DNA of 64,000 nucleotides from the human T2T-CHM13v2.0 reference genome, Homo sapiens: NCBI RefSeq assembly GCF_009914755.1, contig NC_060941.1. One strand, written 5' to 3'. Below, piece by piece: positions 1-16,713 of this stretch (its first letter is position 1; every line of letters starts with the position of its first letter). A program made the position numbers and the translations under genes. The notes beneath the pieces were generated by a model, which was not told the origin of the DNA, searched no databases, and worked only from the letters and a program-made list of their open reading frames with translations.

Positions 1-324
1 TTAAAGAGAGAGTACAAAAACATTTCCAGAACAGAAGAACATTAATCTTCAAATTGATAAGGCGCAACACCATGAAATCTTAGAACATTATGGATTAAGA
101 AAATATCCTAAAAGCCTTTAAAGAACAAAATAGGTTACACACAAAAAACAGGAATCAGATGTCATTAGATTTCTCAACAATGTAGGGAGCTAAAATCAAC
201 AATAACAATGATGGAGCAATTTCTTTACATTTCTGAGTAAAAATTATTTTTAATGTTCAATTCTAAATCTAGCCAAACTCTCAATCGTGAGTGAAGCCAC
301 AATTTTCAGCAGTGCATTTTCTAT

Positions 325-382
<58 letters not shown>

Positions 383-660
383 TTCCTTCCTTCCTTCCTT
401 CCTTTCTTTCCTTTCTTTCTTTCCTTCTTTTTTGCTTATCTGTGACTTTTGCCCATTTTTGCTCTTATTATTAAAGTGCATTTTCCATTTACTATTTCTC
501 CAGAAGCTGCTGGAGGATATGTTCCACCAAAATAAAGAAACAAACCATGAAAAAGGAAGACATTGGATGCAGGGAACAAGAGGTTTACAGAGAGAGACAA
601 AGGAATTTTCAGCATGATATCAAGGAACAGATCCAGGACAACGATTCTATAGCTTCGTTA
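1..660 (+). mobile_element. Ancient L1M fragment (ORF1-region-like), split by a microsatellite
   Basis: A-rich degenerate L1 motifs (aaaatatcctaaaagc, ggaatcagatgtcattagatttctcaaca, tctagccaaactctcaatc). Confidence 0.55.
324..432. repeat. (TTTC)n(TTCC)n polypyrimidine microsatellite
   Basis: Read directly; pure pyrimidine tract of ~110 bp. Confidence 0.95.
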
Positions 661-661
661 G

Positions 662-1011
<350 letters not shown>

Positions 1012-2004
1012 AAGGACTGCTAGTTTAGATTGGAGGGGTGACCATGGAAAACTGCAGGTGTGGTATCTCTGGGCAGGAGGTGGGGAGAGAAGGAACTGGT
1101 AGATCATCTGACAGCATTGACCAACTGACCGTGTAAAACTTGCATGAAAACACTTCAATGTTGGGTAGTGTTGCAAGATTTAACTATAAGTTTAAGGTAA
1201 TCTAAGTGCATGAAAAATGGGATCGATACATTCATACAGTGGAATATTGCTTAGCAATAAAAATGAATGAGCTATCAAACCATGAAAAGATATGGAAAAA
1301 TCTTAAATGCATATTGCTAAGTGAAAGAGAGGAGTCTGAAAAAACTGCATGCTGTATTTCAATTATATGACATTTTGGAAAAGGCAAAATTACTGAAATG
1401 GTAAACAGATCAGTGGTCAACAGGGTCTCAAGGAGGAAGGTTGAATAGGTGAAGCAATCAGGGTTTTTTGGGGAGATGAAATGATTCTGCATGACACTGT
1501 AATAGTGAACATGAGACATTAGGCATTTGTTAAAACCCTAAAACTACTATACAAAAAGTAAAGTTTAATGTATGAAAATTTAAATCATTTAGGAGGTTGG
1601 GGGAACTCAGCACGAAATGCAGAATGTGACAAAGGAATCTAAATGTGTTGCGAACATACAAAGCAATCTTTCCAGAGAGGATGAGGGAATAAGGGTCTGA
1701 CCTCTGTAACTTTGGAAATGAGTGGAGTCTGTAATTATAAGGCAAAAGGCATTCTATATAAACACCGTAAATATACTAGTTAATTAAAAAAAAACTAGTT
1801 GTTTCTCACAGGGATACAGGTTAAGAATTCCAAAATCATTATACATGTATATTGGAATTGAACAATTAAGAAAATGGATGGCCAATGGTGAAAGTGGGGT
1901 TCTCTTTGTTAGAAGGAAAGCTTACAGACAAGCAAGAGGCAGAGGCTAGAATAATCTGTGTGGTAATTAGAATTAGAGAAATCAGCATGAACTCGTGTTT
2001 ACCT

Positions 2005-2980
<976 letters not shown>

Positions 2981-3298
2981 GATGGCTACATATATATATA
3001 TTTATAAATATGCATATATATATATATACACACACATGTTAGTATACACACATATCTCTCCTTGCTCTGTCAGCTGAGAGGGCCTAGAAGCAAGACACCC
3101 CAGTAGCAATGAGCACACCTAGCACCCAGATCTTGGTTTCTAATACCATTCTCCAATAAAAGAGCCAGGGTTCCTTGGAAAAATGATTGATTGTAGGACT
3201 GGGACAGGAAATATACGTAATGAGTCTGGAGCATCTTTTAGTGCCGTAAAGTAAGAAAGTGCATACAAAACCAAAACCAAACTAAAAACCCACCATGA

Positions 3299-4086
<788 letters not shown>

Positions 4087-4722
4087 TCAAGATTAACATC
4101 AACAATGATAAGTCATATTGATAACACGTAACCTTGGTATGGCATGATAAAAATGGCACTTTACTTCCGTGATCTTCCTCTTCAAAAATGTTACCCCTGT
4201 CTAATTACAAGAACATCAGACAAATCCTGATTGAGAGTCATTCTACAAAATGCCTGACCAGTAATCCTCAAAACTTTCAACATTATAAAAACAAAGAGAG
4301 TCTGGGAAACTATTATAACCAAGAGGAGTCTACAGAGACATGACAACTAAATGTAACAAAGTATCATGCGTGGGATCTTGGAACAGAAGAAGGACATTAG
4401 GGAAACACTGAGGAAATCTGAATGAAGTATTAACTTTAGTTAATAACAATGTATCATTAGTGTTTCATTAATTGTGACAGATATACCCACTAATGTAATA
4501 TGAGAAACTGGGTGTGGGGTATATGGGATCTTTCTGTTTTATCTTCTCAACAACTCTGTGAACTAAAACTATTCTAAAATTTTAAGAGTTTATTTTTAAC
4601 AATGAGGCAATATTGATTCTAAGAGAACCAAATGAACAAAAAATGAAGAAAAATCATAGTAAAACATTGGCTCAACCTTGAGCAATATTTACATCATCAT
4701 CATAATTAAAATGTAAAACATG

Positions 4723-5109
<387 letters not shown>

Positions 5110-5262
5110 TCATCTACCATAATAGGAAGTCATAGATGTTGTCTGCAATTGATGAAACAAGAGAGCAATATGCTATAGAAATATGGAAGTAATTACTAGA
5201 ACTAAAAGATTGGAAATGCATGCTACTAGGAACTGATGGGGAACTATAGTTATTGTTGTTAA

Positions 5263-5621
<359 letters not shown>

Positions 5622-5647
5622 TAAGTTATCTTTAAAAACATATTTAC

Positions 5648-5966
<319 letters not shown>

Positions 5967-6005
5967 CTAAGCATGGAGAACTTTGATTAAGGTTTTTAAA
6001 ATATC

Positions 6006-6320
6006 GGCCACATGTGGTAGCTCACACCTGTAATCCTAGAATTTTGGGAGGCCAAGGCGAGCAGATCACTTGAGGCCAGGAGTTCAAGACTAGCCTGGGC
6101 AACATGGCAAAACCCTGTCTCCACAAAAAATGCAAAAAAATTAGATGGGTGTGATGGCATGTCCCTGTTGTCCCAACTACTCAGGAGCCTGAGGTGGGAG
6201 GATCACTCGAGCCCAGGAGGTGTCAAGGTTACAGTGAGCTGTGATTGTGCCACTGCACTCCAACCTGGGTGATAGAGTGAGACCCTGTCTCAAAAAAACA
6301 AAACAAACAAACAAAAATTA
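6006..6320 (+). mobile_element. Alu (J-type)
   Basis: Full dimer; TSD aaaaatatc. Confidence 0.93.
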
Positions 6321-7261
6321 AAAATATCATGCTTAAAGACATTAAGCATTTCAAATTGAAATAATAAATTTTATATAATAAATTATCTAACATCTTAGAG
6401 GATTTAAATTTTCTAAAACATTTCAAATATCTACTTCTATACCTTCATGAGATAAAGTCCCTTATCCAAGAGAAGCTAACCAACTAGGCTTATTTAGTCG
6501 AAGACTCGGTACCACAATATAGTTATAGATTTGGGTTACAGTAAGATATTCTGTACTAAAATATTGGTTCATAGCTCTATTTACAAGATGATTCTACCTA
6601 AACTCCAGATTTTCATGCCAATTCCTTCTAACAGTCTTGGAAATACCACCTTTAGATGCAGGAAAGAGTGACCCCTGCTCTGGGTTCAATGCTTTATAGC
6701 ACTTCATATCACAAGCACACGTTTATTTTAAAAAACAAAATATGCCTTTGTCATTCTGAATTCTATGCTCAGCATGGAACCAGCATGACCTATCATCCTA
6801 AACATCCATTCTCACGATGAATGCTCTTCAGGCCCCAGGGCAATGCTTTTTCACTGCCTGTGCCCAGTATCCATGAAACAAAATGGTTTGTGGCTGCTGC
6901 CTGTGCTGGTGACAGAACGCTTTGGATTTGAGCATCGGGGGATTAGGTAAGAGAAAAGACAAATTAACTTGTCAAATCCTTTCTCTCAGATAACATGAAT
7001 GCAATAGATTCTTGCATAATGAAGTACTGTTTCCCAGGAGTACCACACATCTATTTTCTTGCTTCTCTTTTTGTTCCATTTGTGGCTCATGCTAATTAAT
7101 GTGGTATTTGCAAAAGTTTCACATTGTGACTGAGGAATATTTTGCAATATTAAACAATTCATATTAGTCTTAAATGTGCCTATGTGTAGGTAACATGATT
7201 TGCGATGCATGATACAGGTTCTTTATTTTGGTCACTAGATGAACATTGTATACTAGAATTG

Positions 7262-8073
7262 TGCAATGGTCTGAATGTGCGTGTCTCCAGCTTTGGTCTG
7301 TTTTGTTTTGCTATTAAAGGAATACCTGTGGCTGGGTAGTGTGTAAAGAAAAGAGGCTAACTTAGCTTATGATTATGCAGGCTCTACAAGAAGCATTGCA
7401 CTGGCATCTGCTTGGCTTCTGGTAAGCACCTTGGCTGCTTCCACTCTTGGTGGAAGGGGAAGGAGAATCAGCATGTGTAGAGATTGCATGGCAAGAGAGA
7501 TGGGAGGTACCAGTCTCTTTTTACCAACCCCCTCTCCAGGGACCTAATAGAGTGAGAACTCACTCACCCTCAAGGAAGGGCATTAATCTATTCATGAGGC
7601 ATCTGCCCCCATGATCCAAACACCTTCCATTAGGACTTACTTTCAACACTGGGGATCAAATTTCAACATGAGGTTTGGAGGGGACAAACATCCAAACCAC
7701 AGCACCACCTAAAATTCATATGTTGAAACCAAACCCCCAATAGCATAATAGTATTAAGTATAATAGTACTAAGTAATAGTATTAAGAAGTAGGGCTTTTA
7801 GGAGGTAACTGGGTCATGAGGGCAGAGCTCTCATGAATGGGATTAGTTCCCTTCTAAAAGAGGCCTGAGGGAACTCACTCACTCCTTCCACCCACCATGT
7901 GAGAACACAGCTAGAAGGTGCCATCTACAAGGAAGTGGGTCTTCATCAGACATAAAATCTGCTGGCATCTTGATACTGGACCTCCCAGCCTCCAGAACAG
8001 TAGGCAAGAAATTTCTGTTGTTTCTAAGGTACTCAAAGATGTTTTGTTATAGCAGTCTTAAGGGACTAAGACA
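7262..8073 (+). mobile_element. MaLR LTR (MLT1A-like) with a nested antisense MST LTR (~7289-7704)
   Basis: tgcaatggtctgaatgt...aaattcatatgttgaa...ttgttatagcag...gactaagaca; the inner segment is the reverse complement of an MST LTR. Confidence 0.8.
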
Positions 8074-8146
8074 AATTGAGAATAGTTTTATTTTAATAAA
8101 AATATTAAGATTTAATTAAAATGTCCAAAAACAAAATGTCAATTTA

Positions 8147-9213
<1,067 letters not shown>

Positions 9214-9296
9214 CTTTAATGTACATTTTTGATGAAATGTATTTAAATTGTATATCTTTTGAACAAAATTACATTTTATTTTTTAATCTGTTAGAT

Positions 9297-9547
9297 CAGG
9301 GCTTGGCAAACCTTTTCTGTAAAGAGCTTGATAGTAATAATAAGTAATAAGAGCCAGATAATAAGTATTTTAGGCTTAGCATGCCTAATAAGTATTTTAG
9401 CTACGTGATCTCTGTCACAGCTATTCAGTTCTGTGGTTATAGGTGATTACTGCAATAAGTGAATGAGTGTAACTATGTGCCAATAAATGTTTACAAAAAC
9501 ATGTCGTGGGCTGAATTTATCCAGTGGGTCATAGTTTGCTGACCCCT
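9297..9547. mobile_element. MER58-like hAT-Charlie MITE
   Basis: Terminal inverted repeats caggggcttggcaaac / gtttgctgacccct. Confidence 0.85.
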
Positions 9548-9981
9548 TAGATCAATAGAATGTAAGTTATGTGAAGAATTTAGATTATAGCAACATAGTT
9601 GGTGATATTGCTGAAATAAAGACAATAAAATAAATTTTATGGAATAAAATATAATTTGTTAATTAAACATCTTTATTTTATAATTCACCCAAAATTGCTG
9701 CACACTAACAAAATGCCTGGAGAAGCAAATAATGATCTGCATTACTTTGGATCAGGCAACGGTGTTTCAGATACAACACCAAAAGCAGAAGTGACGGAAG
9801 AAAAAATAGACAAAGTGCACTTCATCAAAAGTAAAACCATCACAGGCTTCAAAGGACACCATCAAGAGAGTGAAAATACAACCCACAGAATGGGAGAAAA
9901 TAGTTGCAAACCATCTCTCTGATGACAGTCTAGTATCTAGATTATATAAAGAACATTTACAACTCAATGATAAAAGGACAG

Positions 9982-10290
9982 GGCCAGGTGCGGTGGCTCA
10001 TGCCCGTAATCCCAGCACTTTGGGAGGACAAGCTGGGATGATTGCTTGAGCCCAGGAGTTTGAGGCCAGCCTGGGTGAGATGGTGAGGCCCCATCTCTAT
10101 AAAAAATTTAAAAATTAGCTGGGCATGATGGTGCACACTTGTCGTCCCAGCTACTCAGGAAGCTGAGGTGAGAGGATCGCTTGAGCCCAGGAACTGGAGG
10201 CAGCAGTCACTGAGATTGCACCACTGCACACCAGCCTGGGCAACAGAACAAGACCCCATCTCTCTCTCTCTCTCTATATATATATAAAAT
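9982..10290 (+). mobile_element. Alu (J-type) inside L1
   Basis: Dimer with a (CT)n(TA)n tail; TSD ataaaaggaca. Confidence 0.93.
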
Positions 10291-10477
10291 AAAAGGACAA
10301 GCAACTCAATTTAAAAATGGGCAAAGGATCTGAATAGACATTTCTCCAAAGGAGATATACAAATGGCCAATAAGCACTTGAAAAGATGCCCAACATTATT
10401 AGCCATCAGGGAAACGTAAATGAAAACCACAATGAGATACCACTTCACAGCCACTAGGATGGGTATAATAGAAGTTA

Positions 10478-11027
<550 letters not shown>

Positions 11028-11604
11028 TTATTTACAACAGCCAAAAGGTGGAAACAACCCGTTTCTATCAACTAATGAGTAGATAAGCACAATGTACATA
11101 CCCATGCAGCAGAATATTCTCTCACAATAAAAAGAAACGAAGTACTGATACATGCTACAATATGAATGAAACTTGAAAACCTTATGCTAAGGGAAATAAG
11201 CTAATTAGACAAATCCATAGAGACAAAGTAGATCAGTGGTTGCCTAGGGTATGAATTGGGAGAAAATCGGAGGTGACTGCCAATGGGTATAGAGTTTTTG
11301 GGGTGGTTAATGAAAATGGTTTAGATTTATTAGGCAATAAATCTAAATGGCAATTATAATGGCAATTAATGGCAAAAACTAATACTAGTTTCTTCACAGC
11401 TTCCTAAACTTGACTTAGCACTACTTCCCTGGGTCTGCCATTTACCAAGATCTCCCTGAATTAGTCCTACCATTGATTCACTATTACTGTATGGATTTTC
11501 CTTTGCTTATCTGTAAAGAGAGAATTCAAGGGTGAATGGAGTCCAGGTCCTCTCACCCCCCTGCCCTGCCCCAGTTCTTACATTTTACCTTCACTTTCTC
11601 TTAA

Positions 11605-11910
<306 letters not shown>

Positions 11911-12189
11911 CTCTTAAGCCTTTTCTATGGGCCACTCGTAATAACTCATCATACTGCTTGCTGCCTGCATGTTACTTCCTATTTTTGTAGCATGGTGCTG
12001 AAGGGTAGATAGGTGGAGGGATACTTTGGAACTCATGTCAAAGGCAAGGAGATAAGGAGAACAAGGATTAGACCCTGGGCCCTTGCATTCTCTGTGTTCT
12101 GTCATTATCAAACCTCACTCTCAGGAGCACAAAGCTGAGTGACTGTGAGCACTTGGTGTGGTTATTTATACCTTATCGTACTATGAATC

Positions 12190-12400
12190 ACCTGTGCCAA
12201 GCATTGTGCTAAGGGCTTCACATGCATTATTCTATTTAATCCTCATGATAATCCTATTGTTATTTTTCATTTGATAGATAATAAACTGAGGCACAGAGAG
12301 GTTACGACTCTAGCCTATGGTCATCCAACTAACAGAACAGCTGTCTAGGATTGGTACCCAGGGAGCCCAGTCCTTAATGCAAATGTTTGCATTTTTGATG
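12190..12400. mobile_element. MIR
   Basis: Core gataataaactgaggcacagagaggtt. Confidence 0.75.
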
Positions 12401-12654
12401 CTCCTATGTCCATCTGAATGGGTTTCTCAAATAGACTTATGATTGAAAGGGAGGGTAGGCACTGTGATCCTTGATCCCCAGAGTGGAAGCAGAACAGTTG
12501 CCAAGAGCAGATAAGCAGGCAAAATCTCAACGTCTTTGGCAAGGTTCTTGTTATGTGGTAGTCTCTAGCCTTTCCTGAGTGATGAAAATTTAGTCGGAAA
12601 ATACTCTAGCTAAACCTCTGCCATTTCTCTCTTTTAGAATCCTATTCTTGTGTT

Positions 12655-12819
12655 AGTGAGGCATGGTGGCACACACCTGTAGTCCCAGGTACTCAGGAGG
12701 CTGAGGCAGGAGGATCACCTGAGCCCCGGAGATTGAGGCTGCAGTGAGCCAAGACTGTGCCACTGTGTTCCAGCCTGAGCAACAGAGCAAGACCTTGTCT
12801 CTCTTAAAAAAAAAAAAAA
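12655..12819 (+). mobile_element. Alu monomer (FRAM / right arm)
   Basis: Single right monomer with A tail. Confidence 0.88.
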
Positions 12820-13055
12820 ATCCATTCTTGTGGCCCCAAATGAACCCAGAAACTTTTGTGTCTAATTAAAGCTTGGACAGCAGAATCTTTAAAATCCTTC
12901 AACCATTTGAAGCAGGGCCTCAAGTCAAGCTGTTGCCATAAACAACACAAATTTGGAGACCCAGAATATGCTAAGAAAAAAAAGACAAAGTTTCCTTTGC
13001 TGGTGGAGATGCTCAAAAGCAAAGAAAATTTGAGATGCTCAAAAGTAATGCAAAG

Positions 13056-13194
13056 TTAAATTTGGTGGAGCTGGCACGTCACCTGCACCTGGATAAAAAT
13101 TCAAGCAGATTCCATAACCTTCTAGGTCTTTCTTAGTCACCTTATGTATGAATACAGTCTCAACTCAGTAATTAAAATGTTTATATAATCATTA
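13056..13194 (+). repeat. Direct repeat copy 1 (~135-bp local duplication)
   Basis: Matches 14860-14992; the first 55 bp are identical. Confidence 0.95.
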
Positions 13195-13491
13195 TATGTC
13201 TCTCCTTCATCTTTGCTGAAAATCCGAGGAGAGAAATCACATTTAGAGGGTGACACAAAAGGTAAAACGATCTGTCATGGGATTTAGGTTCACTTGGGTC
13301 TGGAATTGCCTTTTAGGTAATTCTAGACCCAAGTGAACCTAAATCCCATGACAGATCGTTTTATCCTTTGTGCTACCCTCTAAATATGATTTCTCTCCTT
13401 GGGTTTTCAGCAGAGATGAAGGAGAGACATGTAATGATTATATAAACATTTTAGTTACTGAGTTGAGACTGTATTCAGACATAAGCTGACT
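13135..13491. repeat. Long inverted repeat (palindrome): 177-bp arms, 3-nt spacer
   Basis: 13135-13311 is the reverse complement of 13315-13491 with no indels and 14 mismatches by hand count (~92% identity). Confidence 0.97.
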
Positions 13492-14859
13492 GGGGCAGTT
13501 ATAGAATTTTTGAGCTGCAAAAGAAAACTTCAAAATTATCCAGTCTAATAATTTTATGATAGAAGAAAGGAGACCTAGAGATGGAAGCTGCTTCCTGCAG
13601 GTCACAGGTCTGAAGAGTGGAGTGGCAGACTCAGAAGAGGTGATTAGGTCTCACAGTGTCAGTCCACTGCCAGCTTCTCTGGCTCATGTGCCTGAGGCTG
13701 GTGGGATTCTGCGCACTGGGGGAAGTGTGTGAACAGGTCAGAGGGAAACTTGAAGCCTGTTCAGGGCCAATAAAGAGAGAGGTGCAGCCACAGAAGAAGG
13801 AGGGCTGTATGGGAGAAAAGCCCCAGAGAAGATCAAAAAGGTAGACGAGTTGAGCCCTCCCAGGGCAGGAAGATCAATACTTGAGAAACGGGAAAGGTTA
13901 AAACAGGGATTTGGGAATATTAATCTGGTGGTGATGTGCAGGCCTCATTTGAGGAGGAAAATTTTGAGGCAAGGAGGCCGCTGGGGACACTATTGCAGTG
14001 GGCAGGAGTGTGCCAGAAGTCCTGGGTTCCACTCTTGGCATTTTCATATTTTACTTCCTAATGTTGCATGTATGAGTGTGTATGTATGTGATGGGGCAGG
14101 GAGAAGGGACCTGGGGGGTAGGTCTCAGCTTGAATTCAAACTTGCTGGGACATGTCTGATGAACACGTTGGGTTGCCTTCCAGATGCATGACCTCTGAGC
14201 CAACTTGAGTAATTTCCACATGCTCTATTTCCATCCTCCCTTGCCCACTAGCATGCTCCAGCTGAAGTGAGTCTGCTTATACCAGGCAGTCAGATGTACA
14301 AGGAGGCTATTGATGGCACACTGCGAACCAAGAAGCAAGTGGCACCAATGGCTCCACACCCCCTTCAACCCAGCTCAGGGTAGAATTTCTCCCATCTGGA
14401 CAAATGGAGCAGATTCTGTGCTCGTGGCTCCTCTTGCACCAAGGCTCAGCCGCATAATTCTCCGTCTCTCCTGTCCAAGGCAAGCTGGCAGAGTCTCAAG
14501 TCTCAGGGCATCCTCAGAATAGGCCAGTGGTGTTCCACCGGCTGCAGACCATGACGAAGGCCTGACCTTGGGTAGCAATTTCCCCAGGCCTGTAGAAGCA
14601 GGTCTGCTCCTGCCTGGACACTTCCCTCAAGGCTGTGACGTTGAGAGTGGAGATCTGTCTCTCATTGGCCTATCTCCTCCCAATAGCTGAACATCATCCC
14701 AGGAGCGGGGTCTATTTATAAATGGCATAACTGTTTCTAGCTTTCGTAGCAAAGCAATTTAACAAATCAGTACATTCTTTGAACAACTGTTACATTAAAC
14801 AAGCATAACTCATGGGATGTATTTCTAAAGAAACTCAAGTTTCCTCTTTCATTAACCCT

Positions 14860-14992
14860 TTAAATTTGGTGGAGCTGGCACGTCACCTGCACCTGGATAA
14901 AAATTCAAGCAGATCCCATGACTTTCTAGGTCTTTCTTAGTCACCTTTTGTCTGTTCTCAACTCAGTGATTAAAATGTTTATGTAATCGTTA
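14860..14992 (+). repeat. Direct repeat copy 2 (~135-bp local duplication)
   Basis: Matches 13056-13194 with ~9 substitutions and one 6-bp gap. Confidence 0.95.
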
Positions 14993-16303
14993 AGACTCCA
15001 AATATGACATAAAATTGAGGCTTCTCCCCTCTCCTTCAGTTCAGGCTGGGCACTTAGAGGAGGGGGCACTTTTGTCCCCCCTCTCTCTTCTTTTAAACTG
15101 TGATTTCTGATCCTTGCAGTGGAAAGAAGCAGGAAAGCTTCCATGGGATTTGTCCTGCTGTGAGGATCTGGCAGGGAGGTTTCCTATACTTGGCAAGTAT
15201 TTAATGGTGACACTTTTGTGGGTGGTTTCGGCCCCCCCCCACCCCCCCAATTGCTGGGGACCTCTCAATTCAGGTGATATGCTTTCCTCAGGCTCTCTGC
15301 TTACTCCATCCACATCCCTCATAATCTGGCCACACCTCCAGCTTCTCTTGGCTGAGATCTCTTTGTCCCTCCAGGCTACTCTCTCGAGTAGAGTTCTCTG
15401 ACCACACCAGGGCAGAACCCTCTCTCGGTCATGGCTCACACCTTTGCCCCAGCAACGCTGTGAGTACAGTTACTTCCCATGTGTAACCCTCATGTGTACC
15501 TCCCGTGTGTACTCTGCTGTACCTCTTGCCATTTTGGTTTCTCAGGCTTGACACCTATGATTGAGATAGGGATGGGGTAGGACTCGCAGCACAGCTCTCT
15601 CCAAAGAAATTCTCATCTAAATCTTCCCCTCAACTCTTTTGTACATATATATTCTTGGCCACTTACTTTGTAAATCCTGGTCTAGCACTTCACTCTGGAA
15701 TTTGGTATCTATTTGTGATTCAGCTGAAATTCCTATTTTAACATCTGATTACATTTGATTTATGACACATTTTGAACTCAAATGCTTCTATTTTCTGAAT
15801 GCTGAGCATTAACATGACATTTACTTTTTTTTTCAAGCATAAGATACCGTCTACCATTTGGATGTATTTCCTAGGCTAGGGCTCCGTGCATCCAAGTCTG
15901 GGTTTTAGCGAGAGAGAGGGAACTCTAATTAAAAAGAGAGAGCACCACTGTTTGGTCCAAACTCTGTAAGGCCTTGGGGCATCCCTGTATGATATTCTGA
16001 CCCTGGAGGGGAGAGAGCTGTGTCTTCCTGTTTTATAGCATCTCCAGGAGTGTGAGTGTGCAAGGACAGACTTCTTCAAGAGCGGATTGAGACATTGCTG
16101 GGAAGAGGCAAGAGTCAAAATAATTCAAAATTTGGGCTGTATAGGACCTTGAGCAAGTCACTTAATCCCTGTGAGCCTCAGTTTCCACATCTGTAGAATG
16201 TGAATAATCATCCCTATGTTCCTCACAGATGAGATCCTGTGAGGTCCTGTGAAGTGCTTCCTAAATTGAGAAAGGGGTCACAAGTGTCAGCAATAGGTAC
16301 TAA

Positions 16304-16713
<410 letters not shown>

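Noticed and set aside
281-617. Lys/Glu/Arg-rich and Phe/Leu/Ser-rich ORFs
   Set aside because: Translations of the (TTTC)n microsatellite.
13135-13491. Palindrome read as a MITE or as a known pre-miRNA
   Set aside because: No TA or 8-bp TSD flanks it, the left boundary falls inside sequence that continues unbroken in the 14860-14992 copy, and it is far longer than a pre-miRNA. I recognise no family, so it is not annotated as either pending a Dfam/miRBase search.
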